Shown here: piece after piece, positions 51,957-62,351 of the stretch
Position numbering within the stretch: the first letter of the stretch is position 1
Layout of the letters: every line of letters starts with the position of its first letter
Notes under the pieces: generated by a model
What the model was told of the DNA's origin: nothing
What the model saw: only the letters and a program-made list of their open reading frames with translations
Database searches by the model: none
Program-made: the position numbers and the translations under genes
Source of the DNA: Methanobacteriota archaeon
Lineage (GTDB): Archaea > Halobacteriota > Bog-38 > Methanoflorentales > Methanoflorentaceae
DNA: 64,000 nt
Assembly: GCA_963720465.1 (NCBI GenBank)
Contig: OY970393.1
Span: 1,696,001-1,760,000, forward strand
Direction: 5' to 3'

Positions 51957-52624
51957 TTACGTGAAACCTTTCAACCGTACAACTTCTTGTAGCGGCCGTC
52001 TGGGGCTTCGGTACTGATTTAGCGGATGTTGCCGATCGCGGTACCCCAATGCGACGCCCATTAATATCAGCACGTCTTCCGGAATTTCCAGTTCTGCGCG
52101 AATGAGGTCAGGGTAGGAAATCAGAAGCGCCGCGGCAGCTGAATCAACGCCGTACTGCTGTCCCGCGAGCATGATACTCTGCGCAAGCAGCCCCATATCA
52201 AATATCGACCACGCTGTAGCGTGCGGTCCATGCAAAGGTACACCACTGTCGGCGCTCCAAAGAACTGATGGGCGCGCTCTAACATGACGTGCCGCGTCGC
52301 TGCGTCGTCGCGTTCGGTGCCCAGGGATTCAAAGCGTGCGGCCCTCAGTTCGTCCATGCGCTTTTGCAGAGTGGATGGCCATTCCTGCGGTGCAGGTAGA
52401 TCGGGGCTGCCAGGCACCCTTTCCTTGAAGCGTTCCTCATAAGCGTGACGAATCCGGTCCAGCGCGTCCCCGCCAGCAACAAAGAGTTCCCATGGCTGAG
52501 TATTGCCTGATGAGGGAGCACGGGTCGCGGCATCCAGAATCTTAAGAATCGTCCCCTCGTGCACAGGATCTGGTTCAAACGCACGGACCGTAAAACGAGA
52601 GTTTAGCGCATCTATAACATCCAT
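51957..52624 (-). pseudogene. Nitroreductase, split by a 1-bp deletion near 52217
   Basis: RFTVRAF, APSSGNTQPW; the two overlapping ORFs join as DRTLTAWSIFD. Confidence 0.85.
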
Positions 52625-52685
52625 GAAACTTTGCCTGCCTATCTATTAAGCCCCAAAGACGTGGGAAATCGTGAACGCGCACAGC

Positions 52686-53246
52686 CTATTCAACGACGGT
52701 CGGCCGACCTATGTGATGGCGTATCAACGCGGCAACAACGCGAGGGTCGGACGTTTCGATCGGTTCCAGCGGGTGCGAGTCATCTACGCTGTCGAAGCGG
52801 ACGACTTTGCCGCTTAGCGAGGCCAGGACGACTCGCCGTGAGTCGGCTGGAAATTTCTCGTACTCTGGCGTGATCGTGCGTGGCGATTTAGCGGCCTCCT
52901 CCACCGCCGATAATACGGCTTCGAGCGTTTTATGCTGCTCGCCAAGGTCTGCGAGTTGCTCTTGGAGCTCGACGCGTGCCCGCGCTTTATCCGGATCGAT
53001 TCTTATTTGGTATAACGAGCACTCTCTTCTGAGCATCCCCATTTCAGCGTCGTTTGTGATCACCGTGTCAAGACACTGTTTCGCGCTTCGAATCAGCTGT
53101 TCTTTCTTCTCGACCACATGAAATGCATCGGTCAGTCGGAGGGCCAGATACTCCGTTTCAAAGTGCAATGACTCGGTGATAAAAACGGTGGGAACGGGCA
53201 CTAGTTTCGATTCTAAATCCGGGGGCCCAGTGCGTTTTTTCGCCAT
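52686..53246 (-). CDS. Hypothetical protein with central coiled coil
   Basis: 186-aa clean ORF, GGAGATGTGAG leader. Confidence 0.7.
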   Translation of the reverse strand: MAKKRTGPPDLESKLVPVPTVFITESLHFETEYLALRLTDAFHVVEKKEQLIRSAKQCLDTVITNDAEMGMLRRECSLYQIRIDPDKARARVELQEQLADLGEQHKTLEAVLSAVEEAAKSPRTITPEYEKFPADSRRVVLASLSGKVVRFDSVDDSHPLEPIETSDPRVVAALIRHHIGRPTVVE

Positions 53247-53827
53247 CTCACATCTCCGCTTTTCTTTCGCTGCTGACTCGTTTGTCGCGCACTAACGGCG
53301 CTTTCGCAAAAAGTCGGCATGCTACACATTGAACGCGCATTGATAAACTTAACCTTCCTTTTTCGACTGCGAGCCAAGAAATCGATCCGAAACGAGTCCA
53401 TCAGCGAGGTGCGGGACTCCGAATAGATATTTGCCGTCCGAGCGTGAATATATGAAACGGTTCCACGTCGCTGGCGACGATCGGGCATTACGGGACCCAG
53501 TGAGGGCTCACGAACAATGGCGTGCCCGGTTGCACAACAGCATTTCTTTAGCAGGCCTTGACGCTAAACAAGGAATACAGTTTTCAACTCGCTTCGCTGT
53601 TCAATCGTACTGATGAGGAAAGGGGTCAACAGTTTGACGATCTCTGTGACCGTGACGCGAAGTCAAGGTGCTTCGCATTCGTGTCTCCGCACGCACCTAC
53701 GCTGTGGCTTATGCGAGCCTCGCACGGGAAATGCGTTAAATTTGGCCTAAAGACGAAGAACGAGTAAAGAAAAGCCGCGCGCGAGGGTGCACTCTGTCAA
53801 GGACTGTCACCAGGAGTGACGTGAACA

Positions 53828-54337
53828 ATGGACGTTACAAAAGCAATACTGTCGAGAAGAAGTATCCGCAAATACAGCGAGGAGCCCGTCTCTGATAATG
53901 ACGTAGAGGCGTTGCTCACCGCCGCAATGCATGCGCCGTCTGCGGTGAACGAACAGCCGTGGCATTTCGTGATCATCAAAGACCGAAAAACCCTCGAAGA
54001 GATCTCACGGCTTAGTCCCACGGCTCCTATGGTGAAATATGCAGCCGTCGCAATCGCGGTCTGTGCAGACAAGAATCGGGAGAAATTTCCCGGCTTGTGG
54101 GCGCTGGACTGCTCAGCCGCCGCCGAAAACATACTGCTTGAAGCGACCGGGCGAAGATTAGGGGCTGTATGGACCGCAGTTTACCCCTTTGAAGAGCGCG
54201 TCAAAGGGATTAAAGAGCTGCTCAATCTGCCTGCGGACGTTATCCCGCTGTGTATAATCCCTATAGGACGCCCAGCAGAGACCCCGGCTCCGGTTGATCG
54301 GTTCAATCCTTCGTGTATCCATCGCGACACATGGTAA
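53828..54337 (+). CDS. Nitroreductase family protein
   Basis: RRSIRKY, APSAVNEQPWHF, DCSAAAENILL. Confidence 0.93.
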   Translation: MDVTKAILSRRSIRKYSEEPVSDNDVEALLTAAMHAPSAVNEQPWHFVIIKDRKTLEEISRLSPTAPMVKYAAVAIAVCADKNREKFPGLWALDCSAAAENILLEATGRRLGAVWTAVYPFEERVKGIKELLNLPADVIPLCIIPIGRPAETPAPVDRFNPSCIHRDTW

Positions 54338-54538
54338 TACCGTTGCGTGGTCGGCCTTTCTAGGGACCAACATTCTTAGCACACGCGAATGAAAACGCTT
54401 GGGGCAAAGCAGCATTCAACTCGCTATCGACCACAGCCCTGTTGAGACGAGCTGCGGTCACTTAAGCGAGGACTGCAGAACAGGTCTCTGATTGCGTTAG
54501 GACGCAGGTGGCAGCACGCCTCAGAGCAAGGGCTTCAT

Positions 54539-56023
54539 TCAACCAGCCACAGAATCGCGCGGTGCGCCTGAGGGTCGACTAAACGAGATGATCGCCGCAA
54601 ACACCGTAAACGCAGCGGCTACAAGAAACGCCTCGTGCATGCCAAACTCAAAGGCCGCCAAGACTTGAGGTGTGCCGCCGAGACCGCCCCCGTACAAAAA
54701 AACGTGGAACAAGACGACCTCAGGAATCTGGCTGAGGATAAGCGGGAAAGCAATAGCGATGGAGAGCATTTGGCCGGTGTTCATCAGCATAGTCCGTATG
54801 CCGGATGCGCTCCCGCGCTCGCTCGGCTTAACCGCACTCATGATCGCATTCGCATTCGGCGACGCGAAAAGGCCTGAGCCACCACCCATGAGCGCCATGT
54901 ACACGGCGAGGACCCAATACGGCGTCGTGCTGACCACAGTGGCTAGCCCGAGCAACCCTACGGCGGAGACGAGCAGCCCGGCCGTTGCGAGGTAGCGCGC
55001 ACCGTACCGATCGGAGAGGTGCCCTGAAATTGGCCCGACGACCAAAAAAGCGGCACCGAAAGGGGCCAGCAGAATTCCTGCCGTCAGCGGGTCGTAGCCA
55101 TAGGGCCCTTGCAGGAAGAATATAAGCACGAAGAGCACTGCGCCTCTGGCAAGCCCGTTAAGCCCGTTAGCAGCGGAGGCGAAGGCAAAGCTTCGATTCT
55201 CGAACAGGTGCAGGTTGAGCATCGGGTCATGAGCGCGCCGTTCTGCAACAACAAACAGCGCGAGACTCACTGCGGCAACGACAAAGAGCACATACACGAC
55301 CCACATGGCGGTTACGGGAAAGGCATAAAGTGACACGCCGAGAAGGAGTGCCCCCAGTCCCAGGGTGAAGGTCAGGCTTCCGGCCCAGTCAAAGCGCTGT
55401 CCTTTAGGAGGTATCACTGGCTCTCTAAGCTGCAGTACCCCCCATATCGTGCCGACAATACCAATTGGGACGTTTATTAGAAACACTAATCGCCACGAAA
55501 TCGACGTGAGCACTCCCCCAACCACCGGGCCGAGGAGGAACCCAGCGGAAAACGCGATCCCGTTCACTCCCAAGCCGAAGCCGACATTTCCCCGGCGGAA
55601 TGCATCGGTCACGATCGCCATACTGTTAGTGATGAGGAGTGCGCCGCCCACGCCCTGTATCATGCGGTAGCCCACTAAATCCAAGCCGTGATACTGTGGC
55701 TGTGCCAGTGCGCACAGCAGCGACCCAACGGTGAAGACGATAAAACCCAGATTGTAGAGGTTCTTGCGCCCGAGCATGTCGGCCAGCCGGCCGACGACCG
55801 GGACCAGTGCTGCAAGGATGAGCATGTACCCCAGCAGTACCCACATGGCCGTTATGAAGCTTGCCTGTAGATCGGCCAAAATGGTAGGGAGCGCGATGAG
55901 CACGGCCGACGCATCAATCGCCGCCATCAGCGCGCCTATCGTGGTCACTGATAGAGCAATCCACTCGTAGCTGATACCCGTATCTCCCGATGTCTTCGTG
56001 TCCATTTCTTGGCGACTGTTCAC
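54539..56023 (-). CDS. MFS transporter, DHA2 type
   Basis: GRLADMLGRK, WRLVFLINVPIG. Confidence 0.93.
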   Translation of the reverse strand: MNSRQEMDTKTSGDTGISYEWIALSVTTIGALMAAIDASAVLIALPTILADLQASFITAMWVLLGYMLILAALVPVVGRLADMLGRKNLYNLGFIVFTVGSLLCALAQPQYHGLDLVGYRMIQGVGGALLITNSMAIVTDAFRRGNVGFGLGVNGIAFSAGFLLGPVVGGVLTSISWRLVFLINVPIGIVGTIWGVLQLREPVIPPKGQRFDWAGSLTFTLGLGALLLGVSLYAFPVTAMWVVYVLFVVAAVSLALFVVAERRAHDPMLNLHLFENRSFAFASAANGLNGLARGAVLFVLIFFLQGPYGYDPLTAGILLAPFGAAFLVVGPISGHLSDRYGARYLATAGLLVSAVGLLGLATVVSTTPYWVLAVYMALMGGGSGLFASPNANAIMSAVKPSERGSASGIRTMLMNTGQMLSIAIAFPLILSQIPEVVLFHVFLYGGGLGGTPQVLAAFEFGMHEAFLVAAAFTVFAAIISFSRPSGAPRDSVAG

Positions 56024-56372
56024 TTTTCAGTTATATATGCATGCTGGCGGGAGCTGCCAAGGGCGCACAAGTCGTGAAGCGTGCGGGTTGACAATTAGGA
56101 AGTCTTTTTTTGGACAAGCGGAGTTAAGCATAGGCCTGACGGTGGATTGTCATGCTTGTCGTACGGTAGCGTTGGTCCATTTTTAGACGAGTCACTCGCG
56201 ACTGTACCTTAGAAAGGCGCGGGCAACGCTCCGCACTTCGAGTTGTAAGTCAAGGAAAAAAGGAGGATACCGATTTATACCTATAACGCGAGGATCAATT
56301 ACTTTCGCACCGCACGTCCGTGATTCATAACAAGGCGGACGTTCATTCCACCAGCTGGAAGAGAGTGTAACT

Positions 56373-56570
56373 ATGAAGAACAAAGCGCACCTCTATGCGA
56401 GAAGGCGGGAGATGTATCGTCTTTATGTTCAAAAATTGAACATGACTGAGATTCTTGAGAAGCTCTCCGTTAAGTACAGCGTATCCAAACAGGCGCTGTG
56501 GCAGGACTGGCAAAAGCGTACCCATTGGGTTTACGACGTCTTTGATCTCGAGCCAGCTCGAGCCTCGTGA
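56373..56570 (+). CDS. Small HTH-like protein, probably truncated
   Basis: RRREMYRL...EILEKLS.KYSVSKQALWQDW helix-turn-helix-like spacing. Confidence 0.5.
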   Translation: MKNKAHLYARRREMYRLYVQKLNMTEILEKLSVKYSVSKQALWQDWQKRTHWVYDVFDLEPARAS

Positions 56571-56746
56571 CCTGTTTAACTTCTCTTTTTTGCAGGCCTT
56601 CAGCAGCGCAACTTATCACAGCTTCGTTTTTGCGTGTCACTCATTCGCGTTAAAGTAGAGCTTCGCAAGTTCTTGTTGCAAAACACGAAGAATATAAACG
56701 CGACGTGATACCCTAGAAAACGTGACTTGTGTAAAACGAGATTTGG

Positions 56747-56890
56747 CTCTATGGGGCATGTGGGGCGAGAAAAGCTCTTGCCAGCGGCGCGCTTAAAGGC
56801 AAGGTACCTTTGTTCTAGAAGCGCTAGAGCAGATTTTAACTTACTCGACCGTTGGTAATTGGTGTTTTCTCCTCCACATCACCCATAGAG
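56747..56890 (+). ncRNA. Candidate structured RNA (or MITE): long closing stem with internal hairpins
   Basis: ctctatggg/cccatagag, atgtgg/ccacat, gagaaaa/ttttctc outer stem; cttgcc/ggcaag and tgttctag/ctagagca inner stems. Confidence 0.45.
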
Positions 56891-57233
56891 GGTACCTTAC
56901 AACATGGTACTACTCAGCTTTATATTTTGCATGTAATTCTCGTGCCTCATGGCCAATAAATAGCAGAAAAAGATGGGACAAAGGCCCAAAAAAAGACATT
57001 TTCGATGGAACTTCTTTTTATACTTATCAATAGGCTCAAAGCCCGCTAAAGCTGCTTTGATTGGTTTGGTTGAATTCGAGACGTTCTCATATTTAAGTCC
57101 AAAAAAAGTGTCATCTGCAGCATCGAACGTCTACCCAACTAAAATGTGCAGCTCGAAGCGCGTCGCAAATCAAAGCTCTAAGCCCGGAAAGGTATTTAAC
57201 ATTTGAATTGAACATTTCTGCGGTGGTTTATCT

Positions 57234-57530
57234 ATGGATGAAAAAGAACGAATCGGCGTCGTCCCGGACGCGTCGTTGTATCACGACAAAGATATCTACA
57301 CGATTGAAGTGGAGCTGCCCGGCGTACACAAGAAGGACATAGAACTTGAAGCCTCTGAGAATGGCTTTTGTCTTACCGCACCGAGAGATGACATTGAATA
57401 CGTCGGATGCTGGATACTCGCCCACGCCATTGAGCCTGAAAAGGCGAACGCTACATTCTCCAATGGACTTTTAAAGGTTACCGTACCTCTAGTAGAAAGT
57501 TTCGAAGGAGTCAAGGTACCGATAAAGTAG
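57234..57530 (+). CDS. Hsp20/alpha-crystallin small heat-shock protein
   Basis: VELPGVHKKDIEL, ATFSNGLLKVTVP. Confidence 0.92.
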   Translation: MDEKERIGVVPDASLYHDKDIYTIEVELPGVHKKDIELEASENGFCLTAPRDDIEYVGCWILAHAIEPEKANATFSNGLLKVTVPLVESFEGVKVPIK

Positions 57531-57539
57531 TCTTGGAGC

Positions 57540-57572
57540 GACTGGCCCGCGAAAGGGCCGTCATCCTTTTTT
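57540..57572 (+). terminator. Hairpin plus T-tract after hsp20
   Basis: ggccc-gcgaaa-gggcc followed by cctttttt. Confidence 0.6.
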
Positions 57573-57800
57573 AGTTCTGTATCAGGTAAGCTCTAGCACG
57601 GGTGGGTGCGCTTTTTTTCTATTGTCCACACATGCGCGTGTCTTTGTGCGATCTCTGTACTGCACGCTTTTAGCGCCGTGAGCCAGGATATATTCTCTCT
57701 CGATTACCTGTTCGCAGAGCAGAAGCCGTATCTTGCCGCGCGTCTATCGCAGATTCAAAGCTGATGGCCTCGCGACGTCCTTCGTCGCACGAAGACGTGC

Positions 57801-58025
57801 TTAAACGCTGGCCTCTCTCTTAGTATGTTTTTCAAGTTGCTTTAATATCCGGAGGTATTTGCGCTCCAAATCTTTGTTCTCTGTCTTTAACTTGTCATTC
57901 TCTTTCTTCAGGCGTTGAACTTCGGCGCGCACGCGGGTAAACTCTTCCGAATGCTTCAGCTGTAGCCTTTCGTTCTCAGCTTTCAAGCGCTCGTTTTCGA
58001 CCGCAAGTAGCGATTCCTTGAGCAT
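57801..58025 (-). CDS. Small coiled-coil protein
   Basis: ENERLK/ENERLQ/ENDKLK/ENKDLE heptads. Confidence 0.7.
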   Translation of the reverse strand: MLKESLLAVENERLKAENERLQLKHSEEFTRVRAEVQRLKKENDKLKTENKDLERKYLRILKQLEKHTKREASV

Positions 58026-58306
58026 ATGCGGTCGTAAGCTATACTAGCATAAATAGAGCGCCCCATCAGAAAGCATACCACGTCCGTTGAGCGGCGATGC
58101 AGCGCAAGCCCTCCCGCGCGTGTTGCCTGGGGAGTATGCAACTTCTTTCGTGTCTGTGGGTTAGCAGTTTAGACGCAACGCGGGGCGTGTGCGCCGTCGT
58201 CAGACAAGGGGCGCAGTTTCGCTTATGCTCAACTCCAGCCGTACAAGTCCCCCACGATGTGTGGCACGGATTGCTGCAGCCACCCGTGGCCCTGCTAATA
58301 TTGAAG

Positions 58307-59434
58307 TCAGAGAATCCCAGGGAGTCCGTCTCCTCGAGTCAGTACCTCGCAGCCGTGGTCAGTGATGCGTACGACGTCCTCCCGTCGGTAGCCTCCGAGG
58401 CCAGGCACCGCTAATACGGCGTGACCGACGCTCACCGTCATGTTGGGTCTAAGCGTGATCTCGCCGTGCTGCGGATAATGGCTCGGGTGGGGGTACTCCT
58501 CGGCCTCGAGGCCGACGCCGTGGATGTAGCCCGGAACGACGTACTTGCCGAACTCGGTCTTGTTAATGGACTCTGCCATGAACTGGGTGACCTGCTTGAC
58601 TTTCCAGCCCGGCTTTACCGCGTCGATGACCCCCTGTTGCGCTTCATCGTAGGCTGCCGCAAGCTTGATGAACTCCGTGCTCACTGCTTGGGCTATGCCA
58701 CCAGCTGATTGGCTGCACACGAAGGTACGAGCCATGTCGCAGGCATACAGATCTGCGACGGGGTGTAGATCTACGATGACGGAATCTCCGCCGCTGATAA
58801 CCCGGCGTGAGACAAATCCATGCAAGCCGAGCGAGCGCTCGCCTGAGTTAACGAACGTAAGAAACCCCAAACGCTCTGAACCTGCCTTTCGCATGGCGTA
58901 TTCGGCCTCTGCGGCAACGTCGTTCTCGGTTGCGCCGGCGATGAGCGCATCCGCCGCAGCCATCATCCCGAGCTCTGCGACGTGAGCGGTCTTTTTCATG
59001 CGAGCGATTTCATCCGCTGACTTCACCATGCGTAGTTCGCTCAAGATATCATCGTTCTCGACCATGGTGATGTCGGGATTGAGCTTTCTGAAACGAAATA
59101 CTTCGAATCCGGGAGCGGTGTGCGTATCGAAACCGACGGTAGCTTTGCGAAGGTCATGGGTCTTCATCGCGGTAAAGAAGTGCTGCATGAGTTCGTTGGC
59201 GCTGCTCCAACCGCGGACGTCATCTACCCACGTGCGCGCACGAACTTGCTCCACCTCAGGTTCAAAGACGATGAGGGTTGGATCGGCATCTCGATAGAAC
59301 AACATTCGAGCCTGCCGCCGATAATCTCCGGTAATGTAGTAGTAGTTCTCAGCACCGGCAATGAGCATCGCATCGACGTCCTTCGCGCCCATAAGCTCTT
59401 GAATCTGCTTTTTTCGGTTGATATAATCGACCAT
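58307..59434 (-). CDS. Xaa-Pro peptidase (M24B) family protein
   Basis: LRMVKSADEI, D..D.ARTF, HGVGL, R.EDVV; some metal-site positions look divergent. Confidence 0.88.
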   Translation of the reverse strand: MVDYINRKKQIQELMGAKDVDAMLIAGAENYYYITGDYRRQARMLFYRDADPTLIVFEPEVEQVRARTWVDDVRGWSSANELMQHFFTAMKTHDLRKATVGFDTHTAPGFEVFRFRKLNPDITMVENDDILSELRMVKSADEIARMKKTAHVAELGMMAAADALIAGATENDVAAEAEYAMRKAGSERLGFLTFVNSGERSLGLHGFVSRRVISGGDSVIVDLHPVADLYACDMARTFVCSQSAGGIAQAVSTEFIKLAAAYDEAQQGVIDAVKPGWKVKQVTQFMAESINKTEFGKYVVPGYIHGVGLEAEEYPHPSHYPQHGEITLRPNMTVSVGHAVLAVPGLGGYRREDVVRITDHGCEVLTRGDGLPGIL

Positions 59435-59484
59435 TTTGCCTCCGAACGTCTGCGTAACCACCGCATTTCAGCGAAATGCAGCAC

Positions 59485-59856
59485 TTATCTACGAACCACG
59501 TACCTGCTGCTCTCGACTGCCTTTTCAAAGGTGCGCATGTGCGCGGCGCGCGTTGTGAGGAACAGCCTTCCGTTTCGCTCTTCGATGAACTTCTGCTCTT
59601 TGAGTTCAGAAATGCCCGCTTCAATCAGGGTTTGCGGCGTTGCCGCGTCGTCCAGGCTACAGGAAGCACACGCTTCGTGTATCTCGGCGGAGGTCAACCC
59701 TTCGCGTTTTGCTGGTTCTTCTTCCCCCTCTTCGGTCAGCATTGCGTACAAGACGCTTTGAGCCCCTAAGCTTAAGCGCCGCACTTTATCGATCAATTCC
59801 TGACTTTCAGGGGCTTCTTCGCCTGTGTAATTACTTTCTTCGTTTTCTTGTGTCAT
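59485..59856 (-). CDS. Hypothetical protein, winged-helix-like
   Basis: LTSAEI...GISELKEQKFIEERNGRLFLT pattern; GGAGT RBS. Confidence 0.65.
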   Translation of the reverse strand: MTQENEESNYTGEEAPESQELIDKVRRLSLGAQSVLYAMLTEEGEEEPAKREGLTSAEIHEACASCSLDDAATPQTLIEAGISELKEQKFIEERNGRLFLTTRAAHMRTFEKAVESSRYVVRR

Positions 59857-59873
59857 TTTAACTCCTGCGTGAC

Positions 59874-60218
59874 CTACTCCAACGTCCGCGAGGCCCGAAT
59901 CATCGTGAGCAGCATCTTGAACCGCTTTGCAGCTCGAAGCGCGTGCGGGACGTTTGCGGGTATCACTACCATGGTCCCTTCACGCGCGTGGACGGCGTTT
60001 CCTCTAATCGTGATCTCTGCTTCACCGTCGACGATCTGCACAATTGCATCATATGGTGCGGTGTGTTCGCTCAAGCCTTGCCCTGCATCGAAAGAAAACA
60101 ACGTGATGGTGCCCGCTTTCGTATCGATCAGGGTCTTGCTAACTACAGAATCGGTCGAGTACTCGATCAATGCCTTCACCTCGAGTGCCTTCCCTCTGTG
60201 CGTTTCTATCTGACTCAC
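59874..60218 (-). CDS. Cupin-domain protein
   Basis: FDAGQGLSEHTAPYDA, PANVPHAL, FKMLL. Confidence 0.92.
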   Translation of the reverse strand: MSQIETHRGKALEVKALIEYSTDSVVSKTLIDTKAGTITLFSFDAGQGLSEHTAPYDAIVQIVDGEAEITIRGNAVHAREGTMVVIPANVPHALRAAKRFKMLLTMIRASRTLE

Positions 60219-60438
60219 TTCCGTTCCTCCACTATCCTCACTACGTCCGTCGGGCTTAAGTAGGCGCCTCGCCACGAAAACGTTTCGGGTGTGCACGGGT
60301 TATGCTTCGATTCCGATTCAACGTGCGCGTGTTCACGCGAGTCCTTTAAGCTGGCATTTTTGAATCAGAGATTAGAACTCTAAAATCAGCTCTTTTTTCA
60401 AAAGAAAGCTCTTTTAAGCCTAAAAATGGAAAATCAAA

Positions 60439-60480
60439 GGCCGAGGGCGAGATGCGAACCCGCGTCGTGGCCTCCACAGG
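60439..60480 (-). mobile_element. 3' half of tRNA-His(GTG): att-site relic
   Basis: Minus strand C-CTGTGGA-GGCCA-CGAC-GCGGG-TTCGCAT-CTCGC-CCTCGGC-C: anticodon loop, T arm, acceptor strand and C discriminator; no 5' half. Confidence 0.85.
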
Positions 60481-60576
60481 ATCGCGACCGCCTTCTGTTC
60501 CATCCAGCTCACCACGAGCGTCAGCGGCAGGTCGTTGACCCCCGCGCAAAAGAGGTTGGCGAATGCCTGCTATCTT
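60472..60576 (-). pseudogene. hcp: Hybrid cluster protein (hydroxylamine reductase) internal fragment
   Basis: [31 protein letters not shown] matches the HCP NDLP..SW.EQKAV motif. Confidence 0.8.
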
Positions 60577-60680
60577 GAACAAAGGTCTGTTCGCAAGCGC
60601 AACTATTTTGTCCTTACGTCCTCTCTTTTTGGCCACACTAGTAAAAGTGGTTTCGGGCCAAAAAAGCTCAATTTGAGAGC

Positions 60681-61877
60681 GTGTTGCAGTACCTGAAAAA
60701 CATAGCTTTGAACGACGTCAAACTAAATCGCATTGACCTCCTTTTTTTAGCGGCAGGCGGCGTAATCTTTCTGCTTTTTGTTTTAGACCTAACCGGCACC
60801 AGAATTCTGTTCAATGGCGATGCGAGTTCTGCGAGTTTTTTGCTTAGCACGCTCACCGAAAGCCTTGCCGCGCTGTTTGCAATAACCTTCTCCGTTTTGA
60901 TCATCGCAATTGAATTCTCAGCATCGAAGTATACACCGAAAGTGTTGCACTTCCTCCTCGCATCAATCTTCAAAGATTTTCAAATCGTGGGCATCATCGT
61001 GTTTTTTATGTCCGCGATGTTCGTCAACTTCATCACGCTTGCCCACGTAAGCGGGGCTACCGTCCCCAATGATATTAGAGTGTTCACGTCACTAAGCGTG
61101 GCGCTGGCGGCGTGGTGCTTTTTGTTGATCTTAAACCTATTCCGTCGCATTCCCCGGTTCTTTAATCCTGACGACATTATTGACAACGTTAAGACCGCAG
61201 CTCTAAGGGAGAACGGACCGCGCGAAAACACGGAACTCATCAAGATCTTAGGGGATATCATTAAGAAAGAAACGCTACAGGGGAATGTTGACGTCGCAAG
61301 CGACGCTTTGACAGCGCTCGAAGACGTGTCAGTCTATAATTTCAAAAATCGCAGAGAGGGGTTAAACGAAGAGGTGCTGGAACAGCTGTTCGATATTGCC
61401 CGGACGGCAATCAGGATCGACGACACGAGTACAGAGATCGAGGTCGTTGACTCCATTCGAGCCGTGTGTGTAGCTACCATCGAAGAAGATACTAAATATC
61501 TTGGGGGTTTCAGATACCTGAGAGAGGTTGGCATCCTTGCTCTCGATCGCTCGAGAGGGATCGTCCATTCCCAGTTGTTGTTGTCAGTGTCTCACCTCTT
61601 CACCGATTTGGTATCATACGCAAAGGAGAAGGAACGGCACACGCAGGGTCTGTTTTCGATTATGCAATTCTTCATCTTGGGTAGTTTCTACAACGTAAAT
61701 CACGAGTCCGTGGCGAACCACATAATTGACGACATCACGTCTGTTTGTACTCAAAGAGAAGTCGAAGTCGCCTTCAACGGAGTAATGGAAAAGAAAGAGA
61801 CATTGCGATCGTATTTCGGAGGAAAAGATCCTGAAGATGCCATCAGAGATTTTCACGATGCTCTGATGGCATATTGA
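60681..61877 (+). CDS. DUF2254-like membrane protein with helical C-terminal domain
   Basis: ITFSVLIIAIEFSASKYTPKV motif, 4 TM, FNPDDII. Confidence 0.75.
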   Translation: MLQYLKNIALNDVKLNRIDLLFLAAGGVIFLLFVLDLTGTRILFNGDASSASFLLSTLTESLAALFAITFSVLIIAIEFSASKYTPKVLHFLLASIFKDFQIVGIIVFFMSAMFVNFITLAHVSGATVPNDIRVFTSLSVALAAWCFLLILNLFRRIPRFFNPDDIIDNVKTAALRENGPRENTELIKILGDIIKKETLQGNVDVASDALTALEDVSVYNFKNRREGLNEEVLEQLFDIARTAIRIDDTSTEIEVVDSIRAVCVATIEEDTKYLGGFRYLREVGILALDRSRGIVHSQLLLSVSHLFTDLVSYAKEKERHTQGLFSIMQFFILGSFYNVNHESVANHIIDDITSVCTQREVEVAFNGVMEKKETLRSYFGGKDPEDAIRDFHDALMAY

Positions 61878-61892
61878 ACCTCTCGCGAACGG

Positions 61893-62087
61893 TTACAATT
61901 GTACGTCGGGAATATGGCGCTTGTCTGAGCACTTGATGTCGTACAGTTCTGCCTTTGCTTTACCAATCGGGCACTCTGGCGAGTGCTTATCGGGGCCGCA
62001 GTGCAGGCAGGCAATATCCAAAGCTCTGAGCGCGTCATCTACTTGGTCAAAGGAAATCTCTTTTCCGCTATATTTCCATTTAGTCAA
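61893..62087 (-). CDS. Small putative metal-binding protein
   Basis: CLHC...HSPECP; AGGTGA RBS before TTG. Confidence 0.7.
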   Translation of the reverse strand: MTKWKYSGKEISFDQVDDALRALDIACLHCGPDKHSPECPIGKAKAELYDIKCSDKRHIPDVQL

Positions 62088-62351
62088 ACGATCACCTTTT
62101 CTATCCAGGCTGGTTTATTATATGGTGTTTTGAATATTAAAAGCTCGCCCGATTCTTACCGCGCGAACGTCGCCTCGGCCACAAATAGAAGGTTTTAAGA
62201 AAGAAAACCAGTAGACTGGCAGCGAATATGCAAACAGCAGCGTAAACATCTTCAACTTAAACAACGTGGGCGAGGACGCCTTTATCCCACGGGCTCATCG
62301 AAGCGCAACGATGAAGAGCGAAGAGTGGCAATGTTTATCGACGTGCGGAGC

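Noticed and set aside
60346-60636. 96-aa ORF in the track
   Set aside because: Spurious read-through across the hcp fragment (different frame), the tRNA half and its T-rich flank
62168-62181. tcgcctcggcc resembling the tRNA-His 3' end as a partner att site
   Set aside because: Short, gapped, opposite orientation and no T arm
62210-62290. Possible third integrase C-terminal relic (NMQTAA..HLQ)
   Set aside because: Needs several indels and lacks LGH and the catalytic Tyr; too weak to call by eye
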